This document shows positions 8,914 to 17,929 of a stretch of 64,000 nucleotides of DNA, one piece after another. The DNA is taken from NCBI GenBank assembly GCA_017513445.1, contig JAFXFS010000014.1:1218-65217 (forward strand), written 5' to 3'. The translations under genes were made by a program, and so were the position numbers. The notes below the pieces were generated by a model. The model was not told the origin of the DNA. It ran no database searches and saw nothing but the letters and a program-made list of their open reading frames with translations. The stretch comes from Bacteroidales bacterium (GTDB lineage Bacteria > Bacteroidota > Bacteroidia > Bacteroidales > UBA932). Position 1 is the first letter of the stretch; each line of letters opens with the position of its first letter.

Positions 8914-9735
8914 ATGAATAGTAAAGATAGTGAAAATCAAAAAAAGGGTTTCCTTTCCAAATATAATTGGATTGTTAAAAACCTGTTGATGGCAGTTGTA
9001 TTAGTTGCAACGCTATTTATCGTTGTTAATATATACCTTAACCTTGCTACACATCACAATAAGGAGATAGAGGTTCCGGACTTTACCAATATGAATTTGG
9101 AAGATGCCAAAAAACTGGCTGATGGTTATAAGTTGGAACTTGATGTAACTGATTCTGTCTATATTCCAAGAATGGAGAGAGGGTATATCTATTCACAAAA
9201 CCCAAAGGCAGGAAGTAAGGTGAAGAAGGGACGCAGAATCCTGATTACACAAAATGCCGTTGAAGAGAAAAAGGTGGAGATGCCTTCACTTGTAGGATAC
9301 TCTCTTCGTCAGGCAATGACCGTACTTGCATCAAAAGGTTTGACATTGGGTAAGTTAATCTACAAAAACGATATTGCTACAAATAATGTCCTTTCTCAAC
9401 AATATAAAGGTAGAATAATCGAAGCTGGAGAGATGATTCCAAGCCAATCAGTCATCAACCTTGTTCTTGGATTGAACCCTAATGATGACCAGGCATTTGT
9501 ACCATACGTTGTGGGCTACAAATATAATGTTGCCAAAGATGTTCTTTTAGAGAACTCATTTAATATAGGAAGAGTAAGATTTGATGAGAGTGTAGTAAAC
9601 TACTCTGACTCTCTGGATGCTGTAGTCTATAGACAGACCCCTACCACATCTAATACAACATCATACAAAAGGGGACACACAGTCAATCTATTCTTAAGTA
9701 AAGATCCTGAAAAGATAAATAGTGCAAATGAATAG
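8914..9735 (+). CDS. membrane-anchored protein with three PASTA domains and no catalytic domain
   Basis: The track ORF starts at a TTG (8905); I prefer the ATG at 8914. One N-terminal TM segment (LLMAVVLVATLFIVVNIYL) is followed by three ~65-aa PASTA-like repeats: IEVPDFTNMNLEDAKKLA..., VEMPSLVGYSLRQAMTVLASKGL..., FVPYVVGYKYNVAKDVLLEN.... Confidence 0.8.
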   Translation: MNSKDSENQKKGFLSKYNWIVKNLLMAVVLVATLFIVVNIYLNLATHHNKEIEVPDFTNMNLEDAKKLADGYKLELDVTDSVYIPRMERGYIYSQNPKAGSKVKKGRRILITQNAVEEKKVEMPSLVGYSLRQAMTVLASKGLTLGKLIYKNDIATNNVLSQQYKGRIIEAGEMIPSQSVINLVLGLNPNDDQAFVPYVVGYKYNVAKDVLLENSFNIGRVRFDESVVNYSDSLDAVVYRQTPTTSNTTSYKRGHTVNLFLSKDPEKINSANE

Positions 9736-10795
9736 AGAGAGAGAACTCGACATCGACCTCAATGTTGATGAATATCTGGAAGAGGAACAGCAACTCTTTG
9801 AGCACTACCACTTTGATGTCGATAAGGGGCAGAGTATGCTTCGTATCGACAAGTACATCACAGAACATATGGAACAGACCTCGCGTCATCGCATTCAACT
9901 TGCGATAGAGGCAGGTTTTGTCAGAGTTGGTGGAAAAATTGTCAAGGCAAATTACAAGGTAAAACCTCTGGACAAGATCTCCATAGTAATGCCTTATCAG
10001 AAGAGAGGATTCGAAGTGCGCCCAGAAGATATTCCTCTTGATATTGTCTATGAAGATGAAGATTTACTATTGGTTAATAAACCGGCCGGTCTGGTGGTGC
10101 ACCCTGGATTTGGACACTTTTCGGGAACTCTTATAAATGCTCTTGCTCACCACTTGGGAATTAGCCAGGATGATGATGCAGAAGACCACAGAATGGGCAT
10201 TTTAGTCCATAGAATCGACAAAGACACCTCTGGGCTACTATTGGTCGCAAAGAATGACATCTCGCAGCTAAACCTGGCAAAACAATTTTTCGACCATACT
10301 ATAGACAGAAAATATGTTGCTGTAGTTTGGGGAAATATCAAAGAGGATAGCGGCACTATAGTAGGAAATATTGGCAGAGATCCTAATGACAGATTGAGAT
10401 TTAAAGTATTTCCTGATGGTGACCAAGGCAAACACGCAGTTACACACTATAAAGTTATTGAACGATTCGGTTATGTAACTGTTGTAGAGTGTGTACTTGA
10501 AACTGGAAGGACACATCAGATTAGAGTACATATGAGCTATATCGGCCATCCTCTCTTTAATGATGACAGATATGGTGGAAATCAGATTCTAAAGGGTACA
10601 ATTTTCGCTAAATACAGACAGTTTATTGATAACTGCTTCAAGATTCTTCCTCGCCAGGCACTACATGCCAAAACTTTGGGATTTACACATCCAACTACAA
10701 AGGAGAGAGTATTTTTTGACTCAGAAATTCCTGAAGATATGAATAACCTCATCGAAAAGTGGCGCAGATATGCCAATGATATGAGGGAAGAGTAG
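9722..10795 (+). CDS. rluD: RluA/RluD-family 23S rRNA pseudouridine synthase
   Basis: 357 aa. S4-like N-terminus plus the catalytic motif HRIDKDTSGLLLVAK. Overlaps the PASTA gene by 14 nt. Confidence 0.85.
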   Translation: MQMNRERELDIDLNVDEYLEEEQQLFEHYHFDVDKGQSMLRIDKYITEHMEQTSRHRIQLAIEAGFVRVGGKIVKANYKVKPLDKISIVMPYQKRGFEVRPEDIPLDIVYEDEDLLLVNKPAGLVVHPGFGHFSGTLINALAHHLGISQDDDAEDHRMGILVHRIDKDTSGLLLVAKNDISQLNLAKQFFDHTIDRKYVAVVWGNIKEDSGTIVGNIGRDPNDRLRFKVFPDGDQGKHAVTHYKVIERFGYVTVVECVLETGRTHQIRVHMSYIGHPLFNDDRYGGNQILKGTIFAKYRQFIDNCFKILPRQALHAKTLGFTHPTTKERVFFDSEIPEDMNNLIEKWRRYANDMREE

Positions 10796-10825
10796 TATCG
10801 CAGCAATAATGGAATAACTTCATAG

Positions 10826-11010
10826 CCGGCGAAGCCTCACCTCCGTCATTGCTGGGCGAAGCCTCGCTACCGTCATTGCTGGGCGAAGCCCGGCAATCTA
10901 AAACAGATTCCCGAAACAAGTTCGGGAATGACGGTAAAAGTCACATCAAGGAAATGACGGGAAAAGTCACATCAAGGGAATGACGGGAAAAGGGATATCA
11001 AGGGAATGAA
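10826..11010. repeat. composite intergenic repeat: 27-nt direct repeats, two hairpins and 26-nt direct repeats with complementary cores
   Basis: The unit GGGCGAAGCCTC..CCGTCATTGCT occurs twice plus a partial copy (10828-10898). Hairpins are at 10875-10897 and 10907-10929. The unit GGAATGACGGnAAAAGTCACATCAAG occurs three times plus a partial copy (10925-11009). CCGTCATT is the reverse complement of AATGACGG. Confidence 0.85.
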
Positions 11011-11017
11011 AAAATTT

Positions 11018-13876
11018 CTACCTTGGTCCACGACCCATACCTCTTCCGGGTCCTCTTCCACCCATAGGACCACCCATAGGACCACCCATATTTCCGAATC
11101 TATATGTGAATGAAAGAATTACATATCTACCCAATGAGTTATTGGTTACATCCTTGATATAGTTATCAGATACAGTTCTATAGGTATTTTTTGACTGATT
11201 TAGAATATCATAAGCTTTTAGCTCAATAGTTGCCTTCTCCTTAAGAACTCTACGGGAAACAGATGCATTCAATATGAATGTTGGCTCATTATAACCCTCA
11301 TCATATCCGCGGAAGAAGTTATAATTAACATCTGTCTTAAATGCCCACAAATTTGGTGTATAGTTGATTGTAGAGTAGATATTATTTGACCAAGTAGGAG
11401 TAATCTCACGTGTATTGATCTCATACCACGATTTTGAATATCTGATTCTACCTCCAACTATAAACTCTATCAAGTCATCACGATATGTAAATCTCAAATT
11501 CTCATTTATGGAAACAGTCTGATATTTATTCTCATCATAGTTATCCATATTTAAATATGAGTTCTCATCATTACCATCAATTACACCCTCTTTACCCACA
11601 AAACTCATCGAATTTGAGTAAGATAGGAAAGTCATAGTCATAATTGAAAACTTACTCTTTGCTATTGGAGAGTTAAACATTACACGCGCCGAAGTATTAT
11701 AAGTACCTTTATTATTATTTAATGGCACAGAGTATTGAACTCCCTTTGAATCATACCAAGATGCATTTACAATACTATTTGGATTGTATGTAGCATTAAG
11801 TGAGATATTTGTTGATGCAAAATTATCCATATTGGTAGTTCTGTAATCAACATTTAATCTATGATTGAATGATGGAGTAAGACCAGGGTTACCTCTTGAA
11901 ATTGCAAGTGGATTTGAGTTATCCTCAACCGGTTGCAACTGATTCATAGATGGTTGATTTGTGTTACCGCGATATCTAACTCTCAATGATGTATTGTTAG
12001 AAAAGTCATAATCGATTCTTGCATTAGGAGCAAAATTTACAACTTCTCTTTCGAATGTCTTACCATTTGTAACATTTGTAGTCTTATATGGTTGAGCATT
12101 GGCCCCAATAGTAATATTATACTTCTCTCCCTGCTTATTCAAACTCAAGCCTGCTCTCTGATTGATTGTAGTATTTTGAATATCATTTGAATATTGTGAA
12201 TCAAGTACGGTATAATTCCCGTTAATATCTTTATCAAATGTATTTTTAACACTATTGTTAAATGAGTAGGTATAACCATACGAAGCTTCAATAAAGAAAT
12301 CATTACCTAATGGTTCAGTATAATTCAAACGTCCGCCCAATGAGTAGGCATCACTCTCACTTGTATAGGTTTGATCTATTAAGGTAGAATCAATTGCCTC
12401 ACCTTTATATACATTGGTCAATGAATAATTCTTTCCTAAAAGTTCGTTATTTGATAATGAATAATTTACTCTTAATGAAATTGTTCTACCCGGTTTTCCC
12501 AATCGTTGACGTAAAAGCAATGTACCACTTGTACTTAGATAGTCATTATCACCTGTTGAGAGGCTATTACCATCATTTACCTTTTCAATCGAACCGTTAA
12601 CTGCTTGATTTGAAGAGGCAAACTCACTCTCTTCCAAGAAACTACCATAACCGATATTAAAACGTGGCATAAAGAGAATTGAAGTTTGGTCAGTAATGTC
12701 CCAATCCAATCTTCCGCTGATATTATGGTTATAACCATTTGTCATTGAAGAACCATCTTCATCATTCAATAGTGATGAACCATCCTGCTTTAGAGTAACT
12801 TTTGAACTTTTCTCTTCAACCAATCTCTCATTTCCAGAGAAGAAGTAATTACCGGCAAGTTCAGATGTTTTGTCAAATGTATAGGCAGCATTTGCTCCAA
12901 TCATATAGGACTCTCTCTCTCCATTGCCACCTCCACCAAAACCACCTCCTCGTCCCATTCTCATACCGCCACCACGCATTCCACCCATCATACTTCCAGC
13001 CATATCATTAAATCCGCGGTTATTAGTATTGTTTGCATTAGCAATTAAAGACAATTGATAATCTTGAGTAAAATTAGCTACCATACCAGCTCCTTGATAC
13101 CTCACTTTATTATCACTGTTTCTGATATCGTAACCACCTCCGGCGTTACTATTACCAAACCATCCATTCATTCTATTACCATAAATAGATAGGTCTATGA
13201 CAGTCTCCTCTTCGCCATCATCAATACCTGTAAACTCTGCCTGTTCAGATTTCTTTTCAAGAACTTTAACCTTCTCAACTATGTTTGCAGGAATATTTTT
13301 TGTGGCGATTTGTGGATCATCCAAGAAAAAAGTTTTACCATCAATGGTAATTTTTGTAATCTCCTTACCATTGGCAGCTGTAATTTTTCCATCCTCTCCA
13401 ATCTCGATACCCGGTAGTTTCTTCAAAAGATCTTCCAACATATCATTATCGGTAGTTTTGAAAGATGAAGCTGAGTACTCTATTGTATCTTTTTTTATAA
13501 CAATCGGATTTCCTATTGCAGAAACTGATGCACTCTCTAAGAATTCAGTCTCAACTTTCATCTCTAAAGTACCAAGTTCAAGATTTGAATTAACAATCTC
13601 TACCTCTTTTGAAACAGATTTATAACCGAGTAGTTCTGCTGTGATTGTATATTTACCTTTGCGTATTTTTTCAATTTTTGCATTTCCCTCATCATCAGAC
13701 AATACATATTTAAAGTGCTCTTTTGAACCTGCCTTATTTAGTGATACTGTAGCAAACTCAATCGGGGTAGAAGTACCCTCTTCAACCAACTTAAGTGTTA
13801 TTGTAAAACCTCTCTGCTGTGCGTATGATGTGGTTGTTAATAAAATAAAAAATAAAAATAAAATTCTCTTTACCAT
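11018..13876 (-). CDS. outer-membrane beta-barrel protein (CarboxypepD_reg-like N-domain plus OMP_b-brl_3 / TonB-dependent-receptor-like barrel)
   Basis: 952 aa with a signal peptide ending ...SYAQQ. It has an N-terminal Ig-like domain, a plug-like segment (LLKKLPGIEIGEDGKITAANGKEITKITIDGKTFF) and a long barrel of alternating beta-strand pattern that ends FTYRF before a G/P/M/R-rich tail. Confidence 0.8.
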   Translation of the reverse strand: MVKRILFLFFILLTTTSYAQQRGFTITLKLVEEGTSTPIEFATVSLNKAGSKEHFKYVLSDDEGNAKIEKIRKGKYTITAELLGYKSVSKEVEIVNSNLELGTLEMKVETEFLESASVSAIGNPIVIKKDTIEYSASSFKTTDNDMLEDLLKKLPGIEIGEDGKITAANGKEITKITIDGKTFFLDDPQIATKNIPANIVEKVKVLEKKSEQAEFTGIDDGEEETVIDLSIYGNRMNGWFGNSNAGGGYDIRNSDNKVRYQGAGMVANFTQDYQLSLIANANNTNNRGFNDMAGSMMGGMRGGGMRMGRGGGFGGGGNGERESYMIGANAAYTFDKTSELAGNYFFSGNERLVEEKSSKVTLKQDGSSLLNDEDGSSMTNGYNHNISGRLDWDITDQTSILFMPRFNIGYGSFLEESEFASSNQAVNGSIEKVNDGNSLSTGDNDYLSTSGTLLLRQRLGKPGRTISLRVNYSLSNNELLGKNYSLTNVYKGEAIDSTLIDQTYTSESDAYSLGGRLNYTEPLGNDFFIEASYGYTYSFNNSVKNTFDKDINGNYTVLDSQYSNDIQNTTINQRAGLSLNKQGEKYNITIGANAQPYKTTNVTNGKTFEREVVNFAPNARIDYDFSNNTSLRVRYRGNTNQPSMNQLQPVEDNSNPLAISRGNPGLTPSFNHRLNVDYRTTNMDNFASTNISLNATYNPNSIVNASWYDSKGVQYSVPLNNNKGTYNTSARVMFNSPIAKSKFSIMTMTFLSYSNSMSFVGKEGVIDGNDENSYLNMDNYDENKYQTVSINENLRFTYRDDLIEFIVGGRIRYSKSWYEINTREITPTWSNNIYSTINYTPNLWAFKTDVNYNFFRGYDEGYNEPTFILNASVSRRVLKEKATIELKAYDILNQSKNTYRTVSDNYIKDVTNNSLGRYVILSFTYRFGNMGGPMGGPMGGRGPGRGMGRGPR

Positions 13877-13944
13877 CTTAATCTTTCAAAATTTTTACTC
13901 GGCTTTTGGACTTTGAAAAGGAATAAAAGTTTAAAAATCTCATA

Positions 13945-14508
13945 CTAATTTTTGATTTTTTCCGGATGGGCTTCTAAAAATTTCTTCCAGGAAGTGCTAT
14001 TAGAAATATCTGCCAAAGGATTAGTCAACTGATAGTAATGACACAATGCTATTGCAATAGCATCTGTCGCATCCAAATACTCAGGATTTAAGACAACATC
14101 TAAAGTTCGTGAAAGCATAGCAGAGACCTGCTCTTTAGATGCTGCTCCATTTCCGGTAATTGCCATTTTCACCTTTCTTGGGGCATACTCATAAACCTGC
14201 ATATCGTGCTTTATTGCAGCTGCAATCGCTGCACCTTGTGCTCTTCCCAACTTAAGCATCACTTGAGGATTCTTCCCATAAAATGGGGCTTCAATTGCAA
14301 GATGATCAGGTTTATATTGTGAAATTAATTCACTTACCTTATTAAAGATAATATTAAGCTTAGAAAAATGATCTTTCACAGATTTAAGGTTAATCACACC
14401 CATATCTATGTAGTGTGCCCTCTTATTATCAACAAGAATGACCCCGTAACCTAATATATAGTTACCAGGGTCAATTCCCATAATTATTCTCTGTGAATGC
14501 TGCTCCAT
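13945..14508 (-). CDS. ruvC: crossover junction endodeoxyribonuclease RuvC
   Basis: 187 aa with motifs IMGIDPG, EAPFYGKNPQ and DATDAIAIALCH. Confidence 0.9.
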   Translation of the reverse strand: MEQHSQRIIMGIDPGNYILGYGVILVDNKRAHYIDMGVINLKSVKDHFSKLNIIFNKVSELISQYKPDHLAIEAPFYGKNPQVMLKLGRAQGAAIAAAIKHDMQVYEYAPRKVKMAITGNGAASKEQVSAMLSRTLDVVLNPEYLDATDAIAIALCHYYQLTNPLADISNSTSWKKFLEAHPEKIKN

Positions 14509-15779
14509 TAATCTATGCGGTCAAAACGAGTATATGGACGAAGAACCTCAGGGATCTCTATTCCATTTTCGGTTTGATAATTCTCCAAAATTGATGCCAA
14601 AATTCTTGGTAATGCAAGCGAACTTCCATTTAGAGTATGAGCAATCTGAGTCTTTCCATTCTCATCTTTATACCTTAGCTTTAACCTGTTTGCCTGGTAT
14701 GATTCAAAATTTGAAACAGAACTTACCTCCAACCAACGTTGTTGGGCAGCTGAATAGACCTCAAAATCGTATGTGATTGCTGATGTAAAGCTCATATCTC
14801 CTCCGCAAAGACGAAGTATTCTGTATGGCAAACCCAACGATTTTACAATTGATTCAACGTGCGCTACCATTCCATCAAGGGCTTCACGTGAGTTTTCAGG
14901 AAGCGACAATTGAACTATCTCCACTTTATCAAATTGATGAAGACGATTCAAACCTCTAACATCCTTTCCGTATGATCCTGCCTCTCTTCTGAAGCAAGGA
15001 GTATATGCAGTCATCTTAATTGGAAAATCATCTCTTTTAAGAATAACATCTCTGTAGATGTTTGTCACAGGAACCTCTGCAGTCGGAATTAGATAGAAAT
15101 TATCCAAACCAACGTGATACATTTGCTCACCTTTATCAGGTAATTGACCTGTACCAAAACCTGATGCCTCATTCACCATCAATGGAGGTTGAATCTCCTG
15201 ATAACCTGCTTCGATATTGCAATCAAGGAAATATGCAATCAAAGCACGTTGTAGTTTTGCACCTTTACCTTTATATACAGGGAAACCTGCACCTGTAATT
15301 TTAACACCTAAATCAAAGTCAATAAAATCGTACTTTTTAGCTAACTCCCAGTGTGGCAAAGCATTAGCAGGAAGGTTTACATCTGTCGAGGTAGATTTAA
15401 CCACAACATTATCCTCTGCGCTCTTACCAGCCGGAACATCTGCGCAAGGAAGGTTAGGAAGAAGCACCAACTTCTCGTGTTCAAGCTTACTGTTCTCTTC
15501 CATTTGAGCTTCAAGCTCCTTTGATTTCTCCTTCATAGCGGCAACCTCTGCTTTTACAGTTTCAGCACCCGCTTTATCTCCCTGTTTCAAAAGTGCACCA
15601 ATTTGTGAAGCTTTTATCTTTTGTTGAGCTAGAGATTCATCTAACTCGCCTTGAATACGACGTCTGTTCTTATCTAATTCAATAATTTGTGCAACAATCT
15701 CTTTTGCATCAAAGTTCTTAACAGCAAGACGTTCAATAACGAAATCCGGCTGTTCTCTTAGAAGTTTTAATGATAACAT
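14508..15779 (-). CDS. serS: serine--tRNA ligase
   Basis: 423 aa. N-terminal coiled-coil arm, then a class II core (CFRREAGSYGKDVRGLNRLHQFDKVE, LNGSSLALPR). Confidence 0.95.
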   Translation of the reverse strand: MLSLKLLREQPDFVIERLAVKNFDAKEIVAQIIELDKNRRRIQGELDESLAQQKIKASQIGALLKQGDKAGAETVKAEVAAMKEKSKELEAQMEENSKLEHEKLVLLPNLPCADVPAGKSAEDNVVVKSTSTDVNLPANALPHWELAKKYDFIDFDLGVKITGAGFPVYKGKGAKLQRALIAYFLDCNIEAGYQEIQPPLMVNEASGFGTGQLPDKGEQMYHVGLDNFYLIPTAEVPVTNIYRDVILKRDDFPIKMTAYTPCFRREAGSYGKDVRGLNRLHQFDKVEIVQLSLPENSREALDGMVAHVESIVKSLGLPYRILRLCGGDMSFTSAITYDFEVYSAAQQRWLEVSSVSNFESYQANRLKLRYKDENGKTQIAHTLNGSSLALPRILASILENYQTENGIEIPEVLRPYTRFDRID

Positions 15780-15801
15780 AATCTGTTTAATTTTGAGGAT
15801 G

Positions 15802-15809
15802 CAAATATA
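15802..15809 (-). promoter_or_regulatory. candidate -7 box (TAtaTTTG, minus strand) for serS
   Basis: Plus-strand caaatata, 23 nt upstream of the serS ATG. Confidence 0.35.
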
Positions 15810-15844
15810 ATCTAAAATCGTGATACTTTATCATTTAGATTCAT

Positions 15845-17107
15845 TTACTTTTTCATAATTATTGTGATAATTTTCTCAGTTGCTCCAAGATTATCATAAA
15901 TGTAATTTTTGGCTGCAAGAGAGGCCTTTTTATAGTGTTCAGAGCCAATTTTATGGTTGGAGAACCACTCCTCAATTTGAGAACTTTTTGACAGAGAGTG
16001 AGCTGCTCCTACTGAGATCAAATCTACTGACTCTTTGAACTTATTATATTTTGGTCCAAAAATTATTGGCATACCATATACAGCCGGCTCTTGAACATTG
16101 TGCATAAGTGTACCAAATGCACCTCCGATATATGCCCAATCTGCATATTGATAGGTTTGATTCAAAATACCTACAGTATCGTTAAACATCACTTCTGCAC
16201 TTGCAATATCTTCTTTCGAGTAGTCGGATATCTTACTGAACTTCAACGACTTGCGGCCAATCTCAGCAATCAATGAGTCTATCTTTTCCTGAGAAATTTC
16301 GTGCGGTGTTATTAGATATTTTAACTCTGGATGACTCTTAATAAATGGTAGCAGAATCTCAATATCTTCATCGTGAGAGCTACCAACTGCAAAGAGGGCT
16401 TTATCGCCCTTGAAGAGAGCAATCGACTCGATTGGTTTCGCCTCTTTAGGGATTTTAGCAATTCTGTCGTTACGTGTATCGCCTGTTACTATTGAATTGT
16501 TGTAACCAATAGACTCAAGCAACTCTTTAGATGGAGTATCCTGTAAAAAGATGTGGTTAAATGTATGAAGAGCCTCTCTAAATTTCTTGCCATAAAATTT
16601 AAAAAAGTGTTGACTCTTTCTAAAAATTGCAGAGACAAGATAGGTTGCCACTCCCCTCTCCTTCAACTCTCTAAGATAGTTTAGCCAAAAATCATATTTA
16701 ACAAAAATTGCTATATCCGGTTTTAATATTTCCAAAAATCTCTTTGCATTTCTTGGAGTATCAGCTGGTAGATAGAATGTGCAATCCACGAATGGGTAGT
16801 TCTTTCGAACTTGATATCCTGAAGGAGAAAAGAATGTGAGAATTAATTGATAATCAGGATATTGCTCTCTTATAGACTCAATTACTGAACGACCAATCTC
16901 AAACTCACCTAATGATGAAATATGAAACCATATTCTCTTTTGATTAGCTCTCTCTCTATCCAATTCTGCGATTTTCTTCTCTAAATTCTCAAAAAGAGAT
17001 CTTCTTCCATCTACCCAAAGCTTCGCTTTTTCGTTACCTGAAAGAGCAGCTGCCTTTATTCCCAAAGTATAGATTCCAATTCCTATGTTATAAATAATCG
17101 ACATCAA
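15845..17107 (-). CDS. waaA: 3-deoxy-D-manno-octulosonic acid (Kdo) transferase
   Basis: 420 aa. N-terminal anchor and a Kdo-transferase N-domain motif (IWFHISSLGEFE). Confidence 0.8.
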   Translation of the reverse strand: MMSIIYNIGIGIYTLGIKAAALSGNEKAKLWVDGRRSLFENLEKKIAELDRERANQKRIWFHISSLGEFEIGRSVIESIREQYPDYQLILTFFSPSGYQVRKNYPFVDCTFYLPADTPRNAKRFLEILKPDIAIFVKYDFWLNYLRELKERGVATYLVSAIFRKSQHFFKFYGKKFREALHTFNHIFLQDTPSKELLESIGYNNSIVTGDTRNDRIAKIPKEAKPIESIALFKGDKALFAVGSSHDEDIEILLPFIKSHPELKYLITPHEISQEKIDSLIAEIGRKSLKFSKISDYSKEDIASAEVMFNDTVGILNQTYQYADWAYIGGAFGTLMHNVQEPAVYGMPIIFGPKYNKFKESVDLISVGAAHSLSKSSQIEEWFSNHKIGSEHYKKASLAAKNYIYDNLGATEKIITIIMKK

Positions 17108-17141
17108 ATATTTTTTTCAAATATAACCAATAAAAGGGGAC

Positions 17142-17173
17142 AAAAAAAACGATGCTGCAAGCAACATCGTTTT
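17142..17173 (-). terminator. rho-independent terminator of rplU-rpmA
   Basis: On the minus strand: AAAACGATGTTGC-ttgc?-GCAGCATCGTTTT hairpin (>=9 bp perfect outer stem), followed by a T8 run. Confidence 0.7.
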
Positions 17174-17196
17174 AATCTTAAATTAGAGCTTTATAA

Positions 17197-17463
17197 TTAA
17201 GCTAATTCCTCTTTAGGTAATACTGACACATAAGATTTGTTGTTTGCTTTTTTGCGGAAAGTAACGATACCATCTACCAAAGCATACAAAGTGTGATCTT
17301 TACCCATACCTACGTTAAGACCTGGGTTGTGAACAGTTCCTCTCTGACGAACCAAAATATTACCCGCCTTTGCGTATTGACCTCCAAATAGTTTAAGGCC
17401 TAATCGTTTACTGTGTGATTCGCGGCCGTTCTTAGAACTACCGACACCTTTTTTGTGAGCCAT
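17197..17463 (-). CDS. rpmA: 50S ribosomal protein L27
   Basis: 88 aa, [22 protein letters not shown]... Confidence 0.95.
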   Translation of the reverse strand: MAHKKGVGSSKNGRESHSKRLGLKLFGGQYAKAGNILVRQRGTVHNPGLNVGMGKDHTLYALVDGIVTFRKKANNKSYVSVLPKEELA

Positions 17464-17481
17464 AATCTAATCTCCTGTTAA

Positions 17482-17790
17482 TTAAGCAATTTCTTCAATT
17501 TGGATTTGTGATAAACATTGGCGGTGACCATTTTTCTTTTGATAGCCTTTACGACGTTTCTTTTTGAAAACAATCACTTTTTCGCCTTTTACGTGATCAA
17601 GAACTGTTGCTTTAACAACTGCTCCTTCTACGTATGGGGCACCAACTTTTACCTGACCCTCATTGTCGGTTAATAATACTTTGTCAAAATCTAGAGAAGC
17701 ACCTACTTCAGCCGCTAAGCGGTGAACGAAGATTTTTTTGCCTTTCTCTACTTTAAACTGTTGTCCAGCAATGTCTACAATTGCGTACAT
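17482..17790 (-). CDS. rplU: 50S ribosomal protein L21
   Basis: 102 aa, MYAIVDIAGQQFKVEKG... Confidence 0.95.
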   Translation of the reverse strand: MYAIVDIAGQQFKVEKGKKIFVHRLAAEVGASLDFDKVLLTDNEGQVKVGAPYVEGAVVKATVLDHVKGEKVIVFKKKRRKGYQKKNGHRQCLSQIQIEEIA

Positions 17791-17883
17791 TCTATAAGTT
17801 TTTAAAGGTTATTGACTGCAAGCGGGTTCCTCAAGGGTACCTCTTTAATCTAGCTCCACAGCCTTCTATTCAAATTTGAACCG

Positions 17884-17891
17884 CAAATATA
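17884..17891 (-). promoter_or_regulatory. candidate -7 box (TAtaTTTG, minus strand) for rplU-rpmA
   Basis: Plus-strand caaatata. It leaves a leader of roughly 90 nt before the rplU ATG. Confidence 0.4.
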
Positions 17892-17929
17892 TTACTAAAT
17901 TTCTTCTTTGCAAAATTTTAGAATAAAAA

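Noticed and set aside
10826-11010. Possible CRISPR array, given the regular 26-27 nt repeats
   Set aside because: The repeats are contiguous with no spacers and number only two to three copies per type. The two types are complementary to each other, and there are no cas genes. This is a tandem/inverted repeat element, not a CRISPR.
13197-13625. 142-aa plus-strand ORF antisense to the OMP gene (similar cases at 19157-19627 and 40437-40772)
   Set aside because: These antisense shadows lie inside strongly supported genes and show no motifs or start signals.
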